DNA of 64,000 nucleotides from assembly GCA_947453475.1 (NCBI GenBank), contig CANGGK010000001.1, positions 17,499-81,498 on the forward strand, written 5' to 3'. The notes beneath the pieces were generated by a model that ran no database searches, had not been told where the DNA came from, and saw nothing but the letters and a program-made list of their open reading frames with translations. Below are positions 1 to 9,359 of the stretch, piece by piece. A program made the position numbers and the translations under genes. The DNA comes from Microbacteriaceae bacterium. Its GTDB lineage: Bacteria; Actinomycetota; Actinomycetes; Actinomycetales; Microbacteriaceae. Each line of letters begins with the position of its first letter. Position 1 is the stretch's first letter.

Positions 1-1
1 C

Positions 2-1024
2 TTCGTCGTTGATGTTGAAGGTTTTCTCTTCTACAATCCGGCGAATTTCTTGTTTCTGTTCGGTGGTTGTAAGTCGAATGCCGCTGCTGAGGCATGCCTT
101 AACTGATGCCTCACAGCCGGCGCGCGAGAATACGAAGAAGATCGCTGGCAGCATGTCTTGTTCATCCAAGATGTCGACCATATCGGGCTTGCTAATGCGT
201 TCGATGCGTGCCTGCGAACCGCCGCGCCGGTCATCATAGAAGTTGGTTTTGCGGCCCTTTTGCGGGCGATTTATTGGCGCGCGCATCTTTTGCGCGTGTT
301 TCTGGGCTAGCTCAGGGTTCACTCGTGGAGTCTTTGAAGTTTCATCAAAAAGCTCGAGCATTTCACTGCCAAAGAACACGTGTTGGTTTAGTGGAACCGG
401 GCGAACTTCAGAAACGATGATTTGAGTGTCGCCGCGAACCTCGTCTAGCCAAGCGCCGAACTCCTCGGCGTTAGAGACAGTGGCGCTCAACGAAACGATT
501 TTCACGTCTTTCGGCAGGTGAAGAATAACTTCTTCCCAAACTGCACCGCGGAATCGGTCGGCAAGGTAGTGAACCTCATCCATCACCACGTAGCCGAGGT
601 TCATCAGAGCCTCAGAGTTCGCGTAAATCATGTTTCGTAGGACTTCTGTGGTCATAACTACGATTTGTGCATCCGAGTTTTGATTTGTGTCACCGGTGAG
701 CAAACCAACCCGCTCGGCACCGTAGCGCTTGACCATTTCTGCGTACTTCTGATTGCTCAGAGCCTTGATCGGGGTGGTGTAGAAAACTTTGAGGTTCTTT
801 TCGAGGGCAAGGTGAATGGCAAATTCGCCAACGATTGTCTTACCAGCTCCGGTGGGTGCCGCAACGAGCACGCCATTACCTTCGGCGAGGGCGCGACAGG
901 CCTGTTCCTGGAACTCGTCCATCGGAAACTTGAGCAACTTGACGAAGCTTTCGACAGAAGGGTACGACTTCGACTTCTTCGCTTTGGCGAAACGCTCTGC
1001 CGGGGTTAGCTCTACTTCAGTCAT
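2..1024 (-). CDS. helY: Ski2-like DEAD/DEAH-box RNA helicase HelY (5' part; runs off window edge; missing from ORF track)
   Basis: Manual translation from ATG at 1024 (ATGA overlap with tatC stop): MTEVELTPAERF...VLVAAPTGAGKT...YTTPIKALSNQK...VVMDEVHYL; conserved position after tatC. Confidence 0.92.
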   Translation of the reverse strand, partial: MTEVELTPAERFAKAKKSKSYPSVESFVKLLKFPMDEFQEQACRALAEGNGVLVAAPTGAGKTIVGEFAIHLALEKNLKVFYTTPIKALSNQKYAEMVKRYGAERVGLLTGDTNQNSDAQIVVMTTEVLRNMIYANSEALMNLGYVVMDEVHYLADRFRGAVWEEVILHLPKDVKIVSLSATVSNAEEFGAWLDEVRGDTQIIVSEVRPVPLNQHVFFGSEMLELFDETSKTPRVNPELAQKHAQKMRAPINRPQKGRKTNFYDDRRGGSQARIERISKPDMVDILDEQDMLPAIFFVFSRAGCEASVKACLSSGIRLTTTEQKQEIRRIVEEKTFNINDE

Positions 1025-1833
1025 GAGTCACTTTCATCGGCGAGATTATCGAGCTCATCGAAATCGAGACCAAAAGCTTTGGCTCGTCTTGCGGCACGTT
1101 TGTCGTGCAACCAGGCGATTCCAGCCGCCAAGAAATAGAGCAGACCCATTGGAATCATTACCAACAACATCGACATCGGGTCAGAAACGGGTGTAGCCAG
1201 TGCCGCAACAATCGCGATGATGAAGACTGCGATTCGCCATGATTTCAGAATGCTTGAGGCGCTAAGAATGCCGATGAAATTCAAGAGAACCAAAACCACC
1301 GGCAACACGAAAGCCAGGCCAAATACCAGCAAGACTCGAATGGTGAAAAGCACGTACTCATTGGCATTAATGACATTCGCTGCACCGCTCGGAGTGAAGC
1401 CAATCAGGCTGGAGATGAAGTAAGGAAGCGAAGTCCAGGCAAGCCAACAGCCGGCGAGAAAAAGCGGAACAGCTGAGGCCAGAAACGTGATGGTGTAGCG
1501 ACGTTCATGTTTCTTTAGGCCCGGAGTTATGAATGCCCATAGGTTGTAAAGCCAAAAAGGACTGGCCAACAAAACCCCGAGAAAAATCGAGGTCTGCATG
1601 CGCAAGTCGAATGCGCCGGTAACGGAACCGAAGTTGATTGTGGTGTTCGAGTTGTGAACCTTGGCGTACTGAACGATTGGTGCTTGCAGAAGATCGAAGA
1701 CCTGTTCGAAAATAACCCAGCCGATAACGGCGCCGATGATGATGAAAAGGGCAGACCAAAAAAGGCGATTTCTAAGTTCTTTGAGATGCCCGCCAAGGCC
1801 CATGCGCTTTTCGGGGTTTTTCTTTCTGGCCAT
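1021..1833 (-). CDS. tatC: Twin-arginine translocase subunit TatC
   Basis: HLKELRNRL, FITPGL, TPVSDPMSM motifs; multi-TM. Confidence 0.97.
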   Translation of the reverse strand: MARKKNPEKRMGLGGHLKELRNRLFWSALFIIIGAVIGWVIFEQVFDLLQAPIVQYAKVHNSNTTINFGSVTGAFDLRMQTSIFLGVLLASPFWLYNLWAFITPGLKKHERRYTITFLASAVPLFLAGCWLAWTSLPYFISSLIGFTPSGAANVINANEYVLFTIRVLLVFGLAFVLPVVLVLLNFIGILSASSILKSWRIAVFIIAIVAALATPVSDPMSMLLVMIPMGLLYFLAAGIAWLHDKRAARRAKAFGLDFDELDNLADESDS

Positions 1834-1843
1834 AGGTCGCCAG

Positions 1844-2068
1844 TTACTTAGCTGAGGTTGAGTCGCCCTCGGTGCCGTTCGACTTCTCAGCGTTCGCAGC
1901 TGCCTTATCGGCCGCCTTGTCTTCGCCGAGACCCTTCATCTCCTTGCGGAAGATGCGCATCGACTGGCCAAGGCTCTTTGCAAGGCCTGGAAGCTTTGGT
2001 GCGCCCCAGAGTAGAAGCACGATAACCAGGATGATGATGAAGTGCCAGCCTTCAAGACCTCTAATCAT
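1844..2068 (-). CDS. tatA: Twin-arginine translocase subunit TatA
   Basis: N-terminal TM followed by WGAPKLPGLAKSLGQSMRIFRKE amphipathic helix; directly upstream of tatC. Confidence 0.96.
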   Translation of the reverse strand: MIRGLEGWHFIIILVIVLLLWGAPKLPGLAKSLGQSMRIFRKEMKGLGEDKAADKAAANAEKSNGTEGDSTSAK

Positions 2069-2399
2069 TCGTGAACCTGCTTTCGTTTACATCGATGTGT
2101 TTTACGGCACTTCTAAGCCTACGCTGTCGAAGGGCTCGTTTCTTAGACTTCTGCTTCAAAAGCTTGGCTCGGCTGGCCTCTAAATCGCCAACTGGGGTTA
2201 GGAGGTCAGATTCCTTGTCGATCGATTCAGGCTTGGTATTCATAGCCGAAACCAAGGTTTGAACCGGAACCATAATTCTTTCAATTTGGTGAACTACCTC
2301 GCCCGAGCTATTTAGGAGCGATTTACCAATCAACCCCAGAACCACTAGTGAACCGATGCCGAGGCCAGTCCAGATCAAAAACCATGACCAGAAACCCAT
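2061..2399 (-). CDS. Hypothetical single-pass membrane protein
   Basis: N-terminal hydrophobic helix, basic C-terminus; fills the gap between pafC and tatA and overlaps the tatA start. Confidence 0.75.
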   Translation of the reverse strand: MGFWSWFLIWTGLGIGSLVVLGLIGKSLLNSSGEVVHQIERIMVPVQTLVSAMNTKPESIDKESDLLTPVGDLEASRAKLLKQKSKKRALRQRRLRSAVKHIDVNESRFTND

Positions 2400-2401
2400 T
2401 G

Positions 2402-3391
2402 TTATTCAATCTCTCTAGAGTCTGAAGATTCGGCCTCACCAAGAGCAGCCAAGGCATATTTGCGAACGAAGTCGCGAGCCTCGGCAGGGGCAATCACACG
2501 AGCTGCTCCCCCATACTTGGCGATCAAGCGACCGATGTTTGGCAAGTGTCCAACCATGATTTCGGTGCGAATGGTTCCCGAACCAATGTCTTTAGGCTCG
2601 CTGACGGTTTGAAACTCAGTAATGAGGCGATAGGCCTCGGGCGTCACTTCGACCGTCACGGCCGTATCGGTAACGTCGGCAACGTAGGTGGCGTCTTCGA
2701 TTTCACCGACTTGGGTTGCTTCTGTCGAAAGATCGCGGTCAAGAATTTGAATCGCGCGCATGTGTTCAATCAGGAAGTTGCGAACACCATGGTTGATTGG
2801 GCAATAACCGCGGAGGTACCAAACGCCGGCGGTTAGGTCGATGCGAAGTGGTTCGATCTCTCTTACCGACTTCTCGCCTTTGCGGTTGATGTATTCGCAG
2901 GAGACCGCTTTGCCCTGAAGAATAGCGAGTCGAAGTAGATCTGCACCGGCTTCCACCGAACCCGGTGCAATTGAAATAACTTCGGCCAAACCACGGCTCG
3001 AACCGGCTGCAATTTTTTCGATGAGAAAATTTACGTCGGCGTTTGCAGCGAATTCGGGAATGCCTGCGAGGTAACTCAAGCCAGCAGATATTGCGGCGGC
3101 TTGACGGGTTGACAGTCGAGGAACATCATCGATGACCTCAGCAGTCGTAAGTGAAACGATGCCGTCTTCTAGTAAATCAACGTCTACATAGAACGGCCAT
3201 TGCTCAAAGCCGGCAACCTGAGCGGTGGCGTCGTTGAGCGACTTGAGTGCCTTCACCACATATTCGGCTTCCAAGTTGAAGTGGTCTGCCACCTCGGTTA
3301 GCGCCACCTCGTCTCGGTGCCCAAGGTAACCAACCAACGCAAGTAAGAAGTTATAGCGATCTTCGCCGTTAAAGCCCTTGATTTTAGGCAT
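2402..3391 (-). CDS. pafC: HTH-WYL-WCX transcriptional regulator, PafC-like
   Basis: N-terminal HTH, REIEPLRI...WYLRGYC...VRNFLIEHM WYL domain; second of a tandem pair before tatA. Confidence 0.85.
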   Translation of the reverse strand: MPKIKGFNGEDRYNFLLALVGYLGHRDEVALTEVADHFNLEAEYVVKALKSLNDATAQVAGFEQWPFYVDVDLLEDGIVSLTTAEVIDDVPRLSTRQAAAISAGLSYLAGIPEFAANADVNFLIEKIAAGSSRGLAEVISIAPGSVEAGADLLRLAILQGKAVSCEYINRKGEKSVREIEPLRIDLTAGVWYLRGYCPINHGVRNFLIEHMRAIQILDRDLSTEATQVGEIEDATYVADVTDTAVTVEVTPEAYRLITEFQTVSEPKDIGSGTIRTEIMVGHLPNIGRLIAKYGGAARVIAPAEARDFVRKYALAALGEAESSDSREIE

Positions 3392-4403
3392 GAGCGTTAG
3401 CCACCGCCTCGAAACGAGCCCTAATTACCTTGTCGAGCTCCGAGGGACCTAGAACTTTTATGTCCATTGCATACTCGCTAAGTTCTTCGGCGAGCAAGTG
3501 AATGTCCATGTAAGACATTGAAACATCGGCTGTGTCGCCCGCCTGATCTTCGAGGTGAAAGTGAAACCAAGCCTGACTGTCTTTCTTCACCCGCAAAGTT
3601 GCGACCTGTCTCGCACTGTGTTCTTCTAGGTCTCGAATCGCATCTGCAACGATGGCTTGGTCAGGGGCGGCAAAATGGATGATCTCGGATTCTTTTTCGT
3701 TGACGAATTCGGTTCTAAAAACCACCTTTGACACCACGCGCTTGAGCAAAAAGTTGCGCACTGCTTTTTGATCTTTATCCCATGAAACCAGAAGCCATTG
3801 ACCATCGATATTTCTAAGTAGCCAAGGCTGAATGTGTCTTTTTGCAGTCTCTCCGTTTGGTTTACGGTAATCGAAAGAGACTTCGATGCGTTCTTCGATG
3901 GCTTGGCTCAAGGGCAGGAATGAGGGTTCGTGAGTCCTTAGGCGAGGCGCAAAACCGATTAAGTCGGTGGCCGCCGGTTCAATGCCAAGGCCACGCAAAC
4001 GCACTAATCCGCGATTGGCATCTGAAGACAAAGAGGCTTGAGCCCAGACCTGTGCCGCCAAATTCAAAAGTTGCAACTGCTGGGCGTTGAACTCAATGTC
4101 TTCAGGCCAGGTAAAGGTGTCGGCTGCGATCGTGTAGCGCATGTCATCCGGGTCAGATTTTGGATCTGGGTTTGACACCTGAATGCCCATGTCACGAAGG
4201 TCGCTCTTGTCGCGCTCAAACTTTTTGTTTAGAGCAAAGTCGTCTTCGTTGCTCGTTTGCAAATCAGTTCGGTAAGAATCAACCGAGTGAAATAGCTCGC
4301 GCTTCGTCAGACCGCGCTCAGAGTAGAGCAACACACAGGTCAGCTGAAACAGTCGTTCCGACTTATCTGTCTTGGCTGGCTTCCAAGGTTCCTCTTTAGC
4401 CAT
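3384..4403 (-). CDS. pafB: HTH-WYL-WCX transcriptional regulator, PafB-like
   Basis: ERLFQL...KKFERDKSDLRDMGI PafB N-terminal motif, WYL domain (RHIQPW...WLLVSWD...RNFLLKRV). Confidence 0.88.
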   Translation of the reverse strand: MAKEEPWKPAKTDKSERLFQLTCVLLYSERGLTKRELFHSVDSYRTDLQTSNEDDFALNKKFERDKSDLRDMGIQVSNPDPKSDPDDMRYTIAADTFTWPEDIEFNAQQLQLLNLAAQVWAQASLSSDANRGLVRLRGLGIEPAATDLIGFAPRLRTHEPSFLPLSQAIEERIEVSFDYRKPNGETAKRHIQPWLLRNIDGQWLLVSWDKDQKAVRNFLLKRVVSKVVFRTEFVNEKESEIIHFAAPDQAIVADAIRDLEEHSARQVATLRVKKDSQAWFHFHLEDQAGDTADVSMSYMDIHLLAEELSEYAMDIKVLGPSELDKVIRARFEAVANAHA

Positions 4404-4432
4404 TTCTCCCCCGGTTTATCGCAGTCGAGAAC

Positions 4433-5404
4433 CTAGTTGATGCCGAGAATATCGATAACGAAAACCAGGGTCGCGTTGCCTGGGATACTGCTGTTTCCAG
4501 CTGCCCCATAGCCTTCAGCAGGCGGGATAACCGCAACGACCTGTGAGCCAACCTTCTGGCCAACTACTGCCTTCAAGAAGCCCTTGATCAGGCCACCGTC
4601 TTCCATCTTTGCCGATAGAGGCTCGCCCTTGTCCCAAGACGAATCGAACTTCGTGTGGCCATCCCATAGGAATCCCGAATAGTGCATGGTGACGTTATCG
4701 CCCATGGCAACGGTGTCGCCGCGGCCCTGGATGAGGGTAGCGATTGAAAGAGTGGTTGGAGCCGCGGTCTTTGGAATGGTGATTCCTGGGATGCCGTTCG
4801 AGGCGCGTACGACGTTCACGGCCGGGAAGCCAACCGGCAAAGACTTCTCGTCACCCAGCGCCATTGGAAGGTAAACCTTGAGGACATCAAAAACGAAAAC
4901 GAGTGAGTCGGTCGCCTTTACACCAAGATCAGCAATGCCCTGGGCGTTGTGGGCGAACTTAGGCGGGTAGAGCACTGCTACGCGAGAGCCTTCTCGAACA
5001 CCTGAAAGTGCGCCACAGAAGTCTGGTATCTGACCTGGTGCCAGAGTCATGGCTGTTGCATCGCTGCCATCGAATTTGGTTGAAAGCAACTGCTTTTTGC
5101 TGCCACCGTTGTAAACGGCAAGTTCAAGCTTCACCTTCTGGTTACCAAAGATCTTCTGGCCGGTGCCCTCGGTGATTACCTTGGTCTCGACCTCATCGGC
5201 CGTGATTGGGGTTGCAAAGTCAACCTCTGGAACCTTTTTCAGATCGCCAGAAACCTTGATCTGGTCAACGTTGGCATGTGCAGTCGGAGCCTGGCAGGCG
5301 GCAACAGCGCCCTGGGTCAGGGCATCGGCTGGGTTTTGAGCGGCACAGCCACTCAGTGCCGCAAGGGTGGCTACAGTTGCCGCAAGGGCTAGAAGTTTAC
5401 GCAC
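4433..5404 (-). CDS. FKBP-type peptidyl-prolyl cis-trans isomerase, lipoprotein with two FKBP domains
   Basis: Lipobox LSGC; HYSGFLWDG..FDSSW, IPPAEGYG, TLVFVIDIL motifs; GTG start at 5404 preferred (TTG at 5413 possible). Confidence 0.92.
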   Translation of the reverse strand: MRKLLALAATVATLAALSGCAAQNPADALTQGAVAACQAPTAHANVDQIKVSGDLKKVPEVDFATPITADEVETKVITEGTGQKIFGNQKVKLELAVYNGGSKKQLLSTKFDGSDATAMTLAPGQIPDFCGALSGVREGSRVAVLYPPKFAHNAQGIADLGVKATDSLVFVFDVLKVYLPMALGDEKSLPVGFPAVNVVRASNGIPGITIPKTAAPTTLSIATLIQGRGDTVAMGDNVTMHYSGFLWDGHTKFDSSWDKGEPLSAKMEDGGLIKGFLKAVVGQKVGSQVVAVIPPAEGYGAAGNSSIPGNATLVFVIDILGIN

Positions 5405-5452
5405 GTGTCTCAATCTCTCAAATCATTGATGGTTCTAAGTTTATCTAGCGAA

Positions 5453-6451
5453 TTACTCTTGCTCGCTCTTGGCAGCTGCGGCTGCCTCGGCGCTGCGTAC
5501 AGTCTTTCGAAGCTTCTTGTCGCTGACTTTACGCTCGCCCATGTGATCTGGGTTCCACACGACAATGTCTTCATCGGCAAAATCTGGCTTTTGACGGGTT
5601 TTAAAGTTAGGAACGATGGTTCCCGGAGCCAAGCGACGAGCCGTTACCAAGAAACCGGTGTGGCCAATCATTCGGTGTTCTGGGCGTACTGCAAGACCTT
5701 GTAGGTGCCAACCGCGAACCATTGATTCCCATGCCTCTGGTTCTGCAAAGTGCCCACTGTCGCGCAAGCCTTCGGTGAATCTGGATAGCTGTGTAACTGT
5801 CGCTACGTAGCCAACAATCAGACCGCCGGGTACCAAAGCGGTGGCGCATTCCTCGATGCATTCCCAAGGAGCGAGCATGTCGAGAACGATTCGGTCTACT
5901 GAAGCAGCTTCTTTTTGAATTGGAAGTTGATCTTGCAGGTCACCAATGTGGATGTCCCAGGTGTCAGGGACGATTCCTAAATTGGTCGCAACGTTTGCGC
6001 GAGCAATGTCGGCAAATTCCTGGCGACGTTCAAATGAGTCAAGCTTGCCGTTTGGCCCGATGGCGCGCAGCAGGTACATGCTCAAACCTCCAGAGCCGAC
6101 GCCGGCTTCGACCACGCGGGCACCAGGAAAGATGTCACCCATGGTAACGATCTGTGCCGAGTCCTTCGGGTAGATGATTGCTGCGCCTCGGGGCATTGAT
6201 AGAACGAAGTCACTAAGCAGTGGTCTGAAGGCAAGATACTCGACACCGAACTGATTCAAGATGACCGAGCCCTCAGGCTGGCCGATGATGTCATCGTGCA
6301 TTAGGTCGCCACGGTGAGTTCCATAACGTTGACCAGCCTCAAGCGTGATGGTGTTCAAGCGACCCTTTGGACCGGTTAGTTGAACGCGGTCGCCAGCTCG
6401 GAAAGGGCCGGTTGGTAGCTTAATTTGGTGCGCGTTTGATTTCTCGGTCAT
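5453..6451 (-). CDS. trmI: tRNA (adenine(58)-N1)-methyltransferase
   Basis: MPRGAAIIYPKD, EAGVGSG, LDMLAPW, HTGFL motifs; ATG at 6451 avoids overlap with the upstream gene. Confidence 0.95.
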   Translation of the reverse strand: MTEKSNAHQIKLPTGPFRAGDRVQLTGPKGRLNTITLEAGQRYGTHRGDLMHDDIIGQPEGSVILNQFGVEYLAFRPLLSDFVLSMPRGAAIIYPKDSAQIVTMGDIFPGARVVEAGVGSGGLSMYLLRAIGPNGKLDSFERRQEFADIARANVATNLGIVPDTWDIHIGDLQDQLPIQKEAASVDRIVLDMLAPWECIEECATALVPGGLIVGYVATVTQLSRFTEGLRDSGHFAEPEAWESMVRGWHLQGLAVRPEHRMIGHTGFLVTARRLAPGTIVPNFKTRQKPDFADEDIVVWNPDHMGERKVSDKKLRKTVRSAEAAAAAKSEQE

Positions 6452-6462
6452 CGTGTCTCTCT

Positions 6463-7119
6463 TTAGAAAAGCTTGCGAAGATCTCTCAGGGTTACCCCTT
6501 CGAGGGTTGGCCAAATAGTGCGGCCTGGTAAGTCTGGAATTGGAACAATATTGGTGATTCCCACTGCCTTGGTGCCTGCGGCTTCGGCCGAGGTCAGCCC
6601 GGTGTGCGAATCTTCAAAGGCTACGCAATCTTCAGGTGCTACACCGAGAAGGCGAGCTGCCATTAGGTAAGGCTCTGGGTGGGGCTTACCTTCGATAACC
6701 ATGTCGCCGGCAACAATCACATCAAATGCCTTGAATGGAATTTGGTTGGCTACCGATTCGGCCATGCGTTTCATCGACATTGTGACCAGTGCAGTTTTAA
6801 TGCCTCGCTTTTTGAGCTCGCGAAGAAGCTCCTGTGCGCCTGGGCGCCAAGGAATCGAAACCTGCAATTGGGCAACAACATCATCGGTTAGTCGGTTGAT
6901 GATTTCATCCGGTTCAAGTTCGAGGCCCATTTTGGCCTTCATCACTTTGGTCGAGTCGTACAGGCTCATACCAATTAGGTCTAGCCCGTCCTGAGCATGC
7001 CAGGTGCTATTGAATTCCTGAGCTAGGTTCTGTTCGCTCGAGAGCCAGTATTCTTCGGAGTCGACTAGCGTCCCATCCATGTCCCACAAGACCGCAGCGG
7101 GGAGCTTTTTTCCAAACAT
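6463..7119 (-). CDS. HAD family phosphatase
   Basis: WDMDGTLVDSE motif I, KPHPEPY, FEDS motif. Confidence 0.93.
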   Translation of the reverse strand: MFGKKLPAAVLWDMDGTLVDSEEYWLSSEQNLAQEFNSTWHAQDGLDLIGMSLYDSTKVMKAKMGLELEPDEIINRLTDDVVAQLQVSIPWRPGAQELLRELKKRGIKTALVTMSMKRMAESVANQIPFKAFDVIVAGDMVIEGKPHPEPYLMAARLLGVAPEDCVAFEDSHTGLTSAEAAGTKAVGITNIVPIPDLPGRTIWPTLEGVTLRDLRKLF

Positions 7120-7191
7120 TATGAATCGATTTTACCTTTGCGCTTTGGCTTAGAGTTTTATAGACAGGTATTCGGTTATTGAAAGGCTCTC

Positions 7192-8067
7192 GTGAGCGCT
7201 CAGATTTTCGCAGGTCGCACCCTGATTGTTGCTTTTGAAGGCTGGAACGATGCCGCCGAATCGGCAAGTGGCGTAGTCAAGTTCATCTGCGAGCAGATCA
7301 AGGCTGACGTTGTGGCTGCCGTTGACCCTGAAGATTATTACGATTTTCAATTCACTCGTCCGACTGTCTCGTACGATGCAGACGGTGGTCGAGTACTTGA
7401 CTGGCCGGCAACAGAAATGTGCATACCTTCGGCTGAAGCTATTGCAGAAAATCCTTCGATTGCCAAGCTGAGCGTCTTGGTGGGCACCGAGCCAGCCAGA
7501 AGATGGAAGTCATTCGCTACCGAGGTCATGGAGCTGGTTGAAGACCGAGAAATCGAAGCCGTTCTGTTTCTGGGTGCGATGCTCGCCGACGTGCCTCACA
7601 CGCGCCCGATTGGCGTCACTTCAACCAGCCAAAACGAGCATGCTCGGCAAGAATTGGCGATTGAAAAGAGTCAGTACGAAGGCCCGGTGGGAATTCTGAG
7701 TGTTCTGGGAATCGAGTTGGAGAAGGCTGGAATTCCCTCGGTCGCGCTTTGGGCATCTGTGCCGCACTATGTGCACAACACTCCATCTCCGAAGGCAACA
7801 CTTTCGCTTCTCATCGAAGTTGAACGTTTGGTGGGTGTTCAGTTTGATCACGGAAAACTTGGCGAAGAGGCCTTCGCCTGGGAACGTGGAATTGATGAGA
7901 TTGCCGAAGGCGACGACGAAATGGCTAACTACATTAGCCAGCTTGAAAAGACTCGCGATGAAGTCGAGTCACCTGCTGCAACCGGTGAATCACTGGCTAA
8001 AGAGTTTGAAAAATTCTTGCGAGCCGAGAGTAAAGACAATCCTGACTCTGAGTCAGACGAAGAGTAG
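7192..8067 (+). CDS. PAC2 (proteasome assembly chaperone-like) family protein
   Basis: AFEGWNDA, DPEDYYDFQFTRP, LADVPHTRP, YEGPVGI, LWASVPHY motifs; SD GAAAGG before GTG. Confidence 0.93.
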   Translation: MSAQIFAGRTLIVAFEGWNDAAESASGVVKFICEQIKADVVAAVDPEDYYDFQFTRPTVSYDADGGRVLDWPATEMCIPSAEAIAENPSIAKLSVLVGTEPARRWKSFATEVMELVEDREIEAVLFLGAMLADVPHTRPIGVTSTSQNEHARQELAIEKSQYEGPVGILSVLGIELEKAGIPSVALWASVPHYVHNTPSPKATLSLLIEVERLVGVQFDHGKLGEEAFAWERGIDEIAEGDDEMANYISQLEKTRDEVESPAATGESLAKEFEKFLRAESKDNPDSESDEE

Positions 8068-8087
8068 AAACGCTTGGCCGGTGCCGT

Positions 8088-8915
8088 TTAGGCCACTAAT
8101 TGGCCGCTGACTAGCCCACCGAGCACAGCCAAGCCGACGATGATTCGCCAAGCCACAAAAGGCATGAATGAGCCACGGTTCAAGTAGCGAAGAAGCACCA
8201 CAATCACCGAGAAGCCAACTGCGAAGGCGACAGCGGTCGATACCCCGGTGGCCACCAGTAAATCGCTAGGCAAATCTTTGTAAGACTTAGCAAACTCATA
8301 CAACCCGCTTGCCAAAACGGCCGGAATTGCCAACAAGAAGCTGTATCGAGCCGCAGCCTGACGGCTGTAACCGAGAGCAAGGCCCACCGAAATGGTGCCA
8401 CCCGAGCGCGAAACGCCTGGCACTACTGCCAACGCCTGACCCAACCCAAAAAGTAATCCGTGCTTGGTGGTCAACGAGTCTAGGCCGCGATTTCGTTTTC
8501 CGAGACGATCGGTAATGGCAAGGATTATTCCGAAGACAATCAGAGTCGCCGCGATAACCCAAAGATTGCGAAGTTGGTTCTCAATAATGTCTTTGAAAGC
8601 TAGACCAATCACAACAACTGGAAGGCTACCGATAATAATCAACCAGCCCATTTTTGAGTCATTGGTCTTTTTTCCGCCAAAGATACTGGCAAAAAATGCT
8701 CGAGTGATTCTGGCGATGTCTTTCCAGAAGTAAATAAGCACCGCTGCCTCTGTGCCCAATTGAATGGTGGCAATAAACGCGGTGAGTTGAGGTTTAGGCA
8801 TTGCGCCCAGACCAAGAAGCTGCTGAACGATTTGAACGTGCGCGCTCGAGGAGATCGGCAGAAACTCGGTTAGTCCCTGAACAATGCCCAGGATTACAGC
8901 GTCGATTAGGTTCAT
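8088..8915 (-). CDS. uppP: Undecaprenyl-diphosphate phosphatase
   Basis: GIVQGLTEFLPISSSAH and PGVSRSG motifs. Confidence 0.97.
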   Translation of the reverse strand: MNLIDAVILGIVQGLTEFLPISSSAHVQIVQQLLGLGAMPKPQLTAFIATIQLGTEAAVLIYFWKDIARITRAFFASIFGGKKTNDSKMGWLIIIGSLPVVVIGLAFKDIIENQLRNLWVIAATLIVFGIILAITDRLGKRNRGLDSLTTKHGLLFGLGQALAVVPGVSRSGGTISVGLALGYSRQAAARYSFLLAIPAVLASGLYEFAKSYKDLPSDLLVATGVSTAVAFAVGFSVIVVLLRYLNRGSFMPFVAWRIIVGLAVLGGLVSGQLVA

Positions 8916-9124
8916 GCGTTGTCTTCTTCGGCTAATGAAATCGGAAGGTATTCCTCAAATTGGTCGCCCAAGGCCTCTTCGTAGTTCAGAAAGGCGTCTT
9001 CAAGTTGGTAGTAGGCCTGTTCAACGGCAGGATCGTCTTCGCCACGGCGTGCCGAAACTGCCTCGAAGTGACGCTCTAACGAAGCGATGAACTGTTGTAG
9101 CGCGAAGCGCGGATCTTGAGCCAT
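8912..9124 (-). CDS. Small acidic hypothetical protein
   Basis: 70 aa helical acidic ORF, ATGA-coupled to uppP, preceded by TAGTTT-N6-ATG. Confidence 0.8.
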   Translation of the reverse strand: MAQDPRFALQQFIASLERHFEAVSARRGEDDPAVEQAYYQLEDAFLNYEEALGDQFEEYLPISLAEEDNA

Positions 9125-9244
9125 AGAGCAAAACTACCCCTAAAAAATGAATCCGTGAAGCATTTGGCAAGGTAGTCCGGCAGGCAGTTCTCTGGTAATG
9201 TTGTTCCTCGTTGCCCAAGCCTCCATGAAGCTTGGAATCCACTC

Positions 9245-9327
9245 GTCCGGGTGGCGGAATGGCAGACGCGCTAGCTTGAGGTGCTAGTCCTCTTATGAGG
9301 GTAGGGGTTCAAGTCCCCTTTCGGACA
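9245..9327 (+). tRNA. tRNA-Leu(GAG)
   Basis: Acceptor GTCCGGG/TTCGGAC-A, anticodon arm CTAGC-TTGAGGT-GCTAG, long variable arm, T arm AGGGG-TTCAAGT-CCCCT; CCA not encoded. Confidence 0.97.
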
Positions 9328-9329
9328 CT

Positions 9330-9359
9330 AAACCCCAGCCCTCCACGGCTGGGGTTTTT
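9330..9359. terminator. Intrinsic terminator, likely bidirectional (tRNA-Leu / methyltransferase)
   Basis: AAACCCCAGCC-ctccac-GGCTGGGGTTTTT. Confidence 0.85.

Noticed and set aside
2402-4403. WYL pair as CRISPR/defence-associated regulators
   Set aside because: Motifs and position before tatA-tatC-helY identify them as housekeeping PafB/PafC
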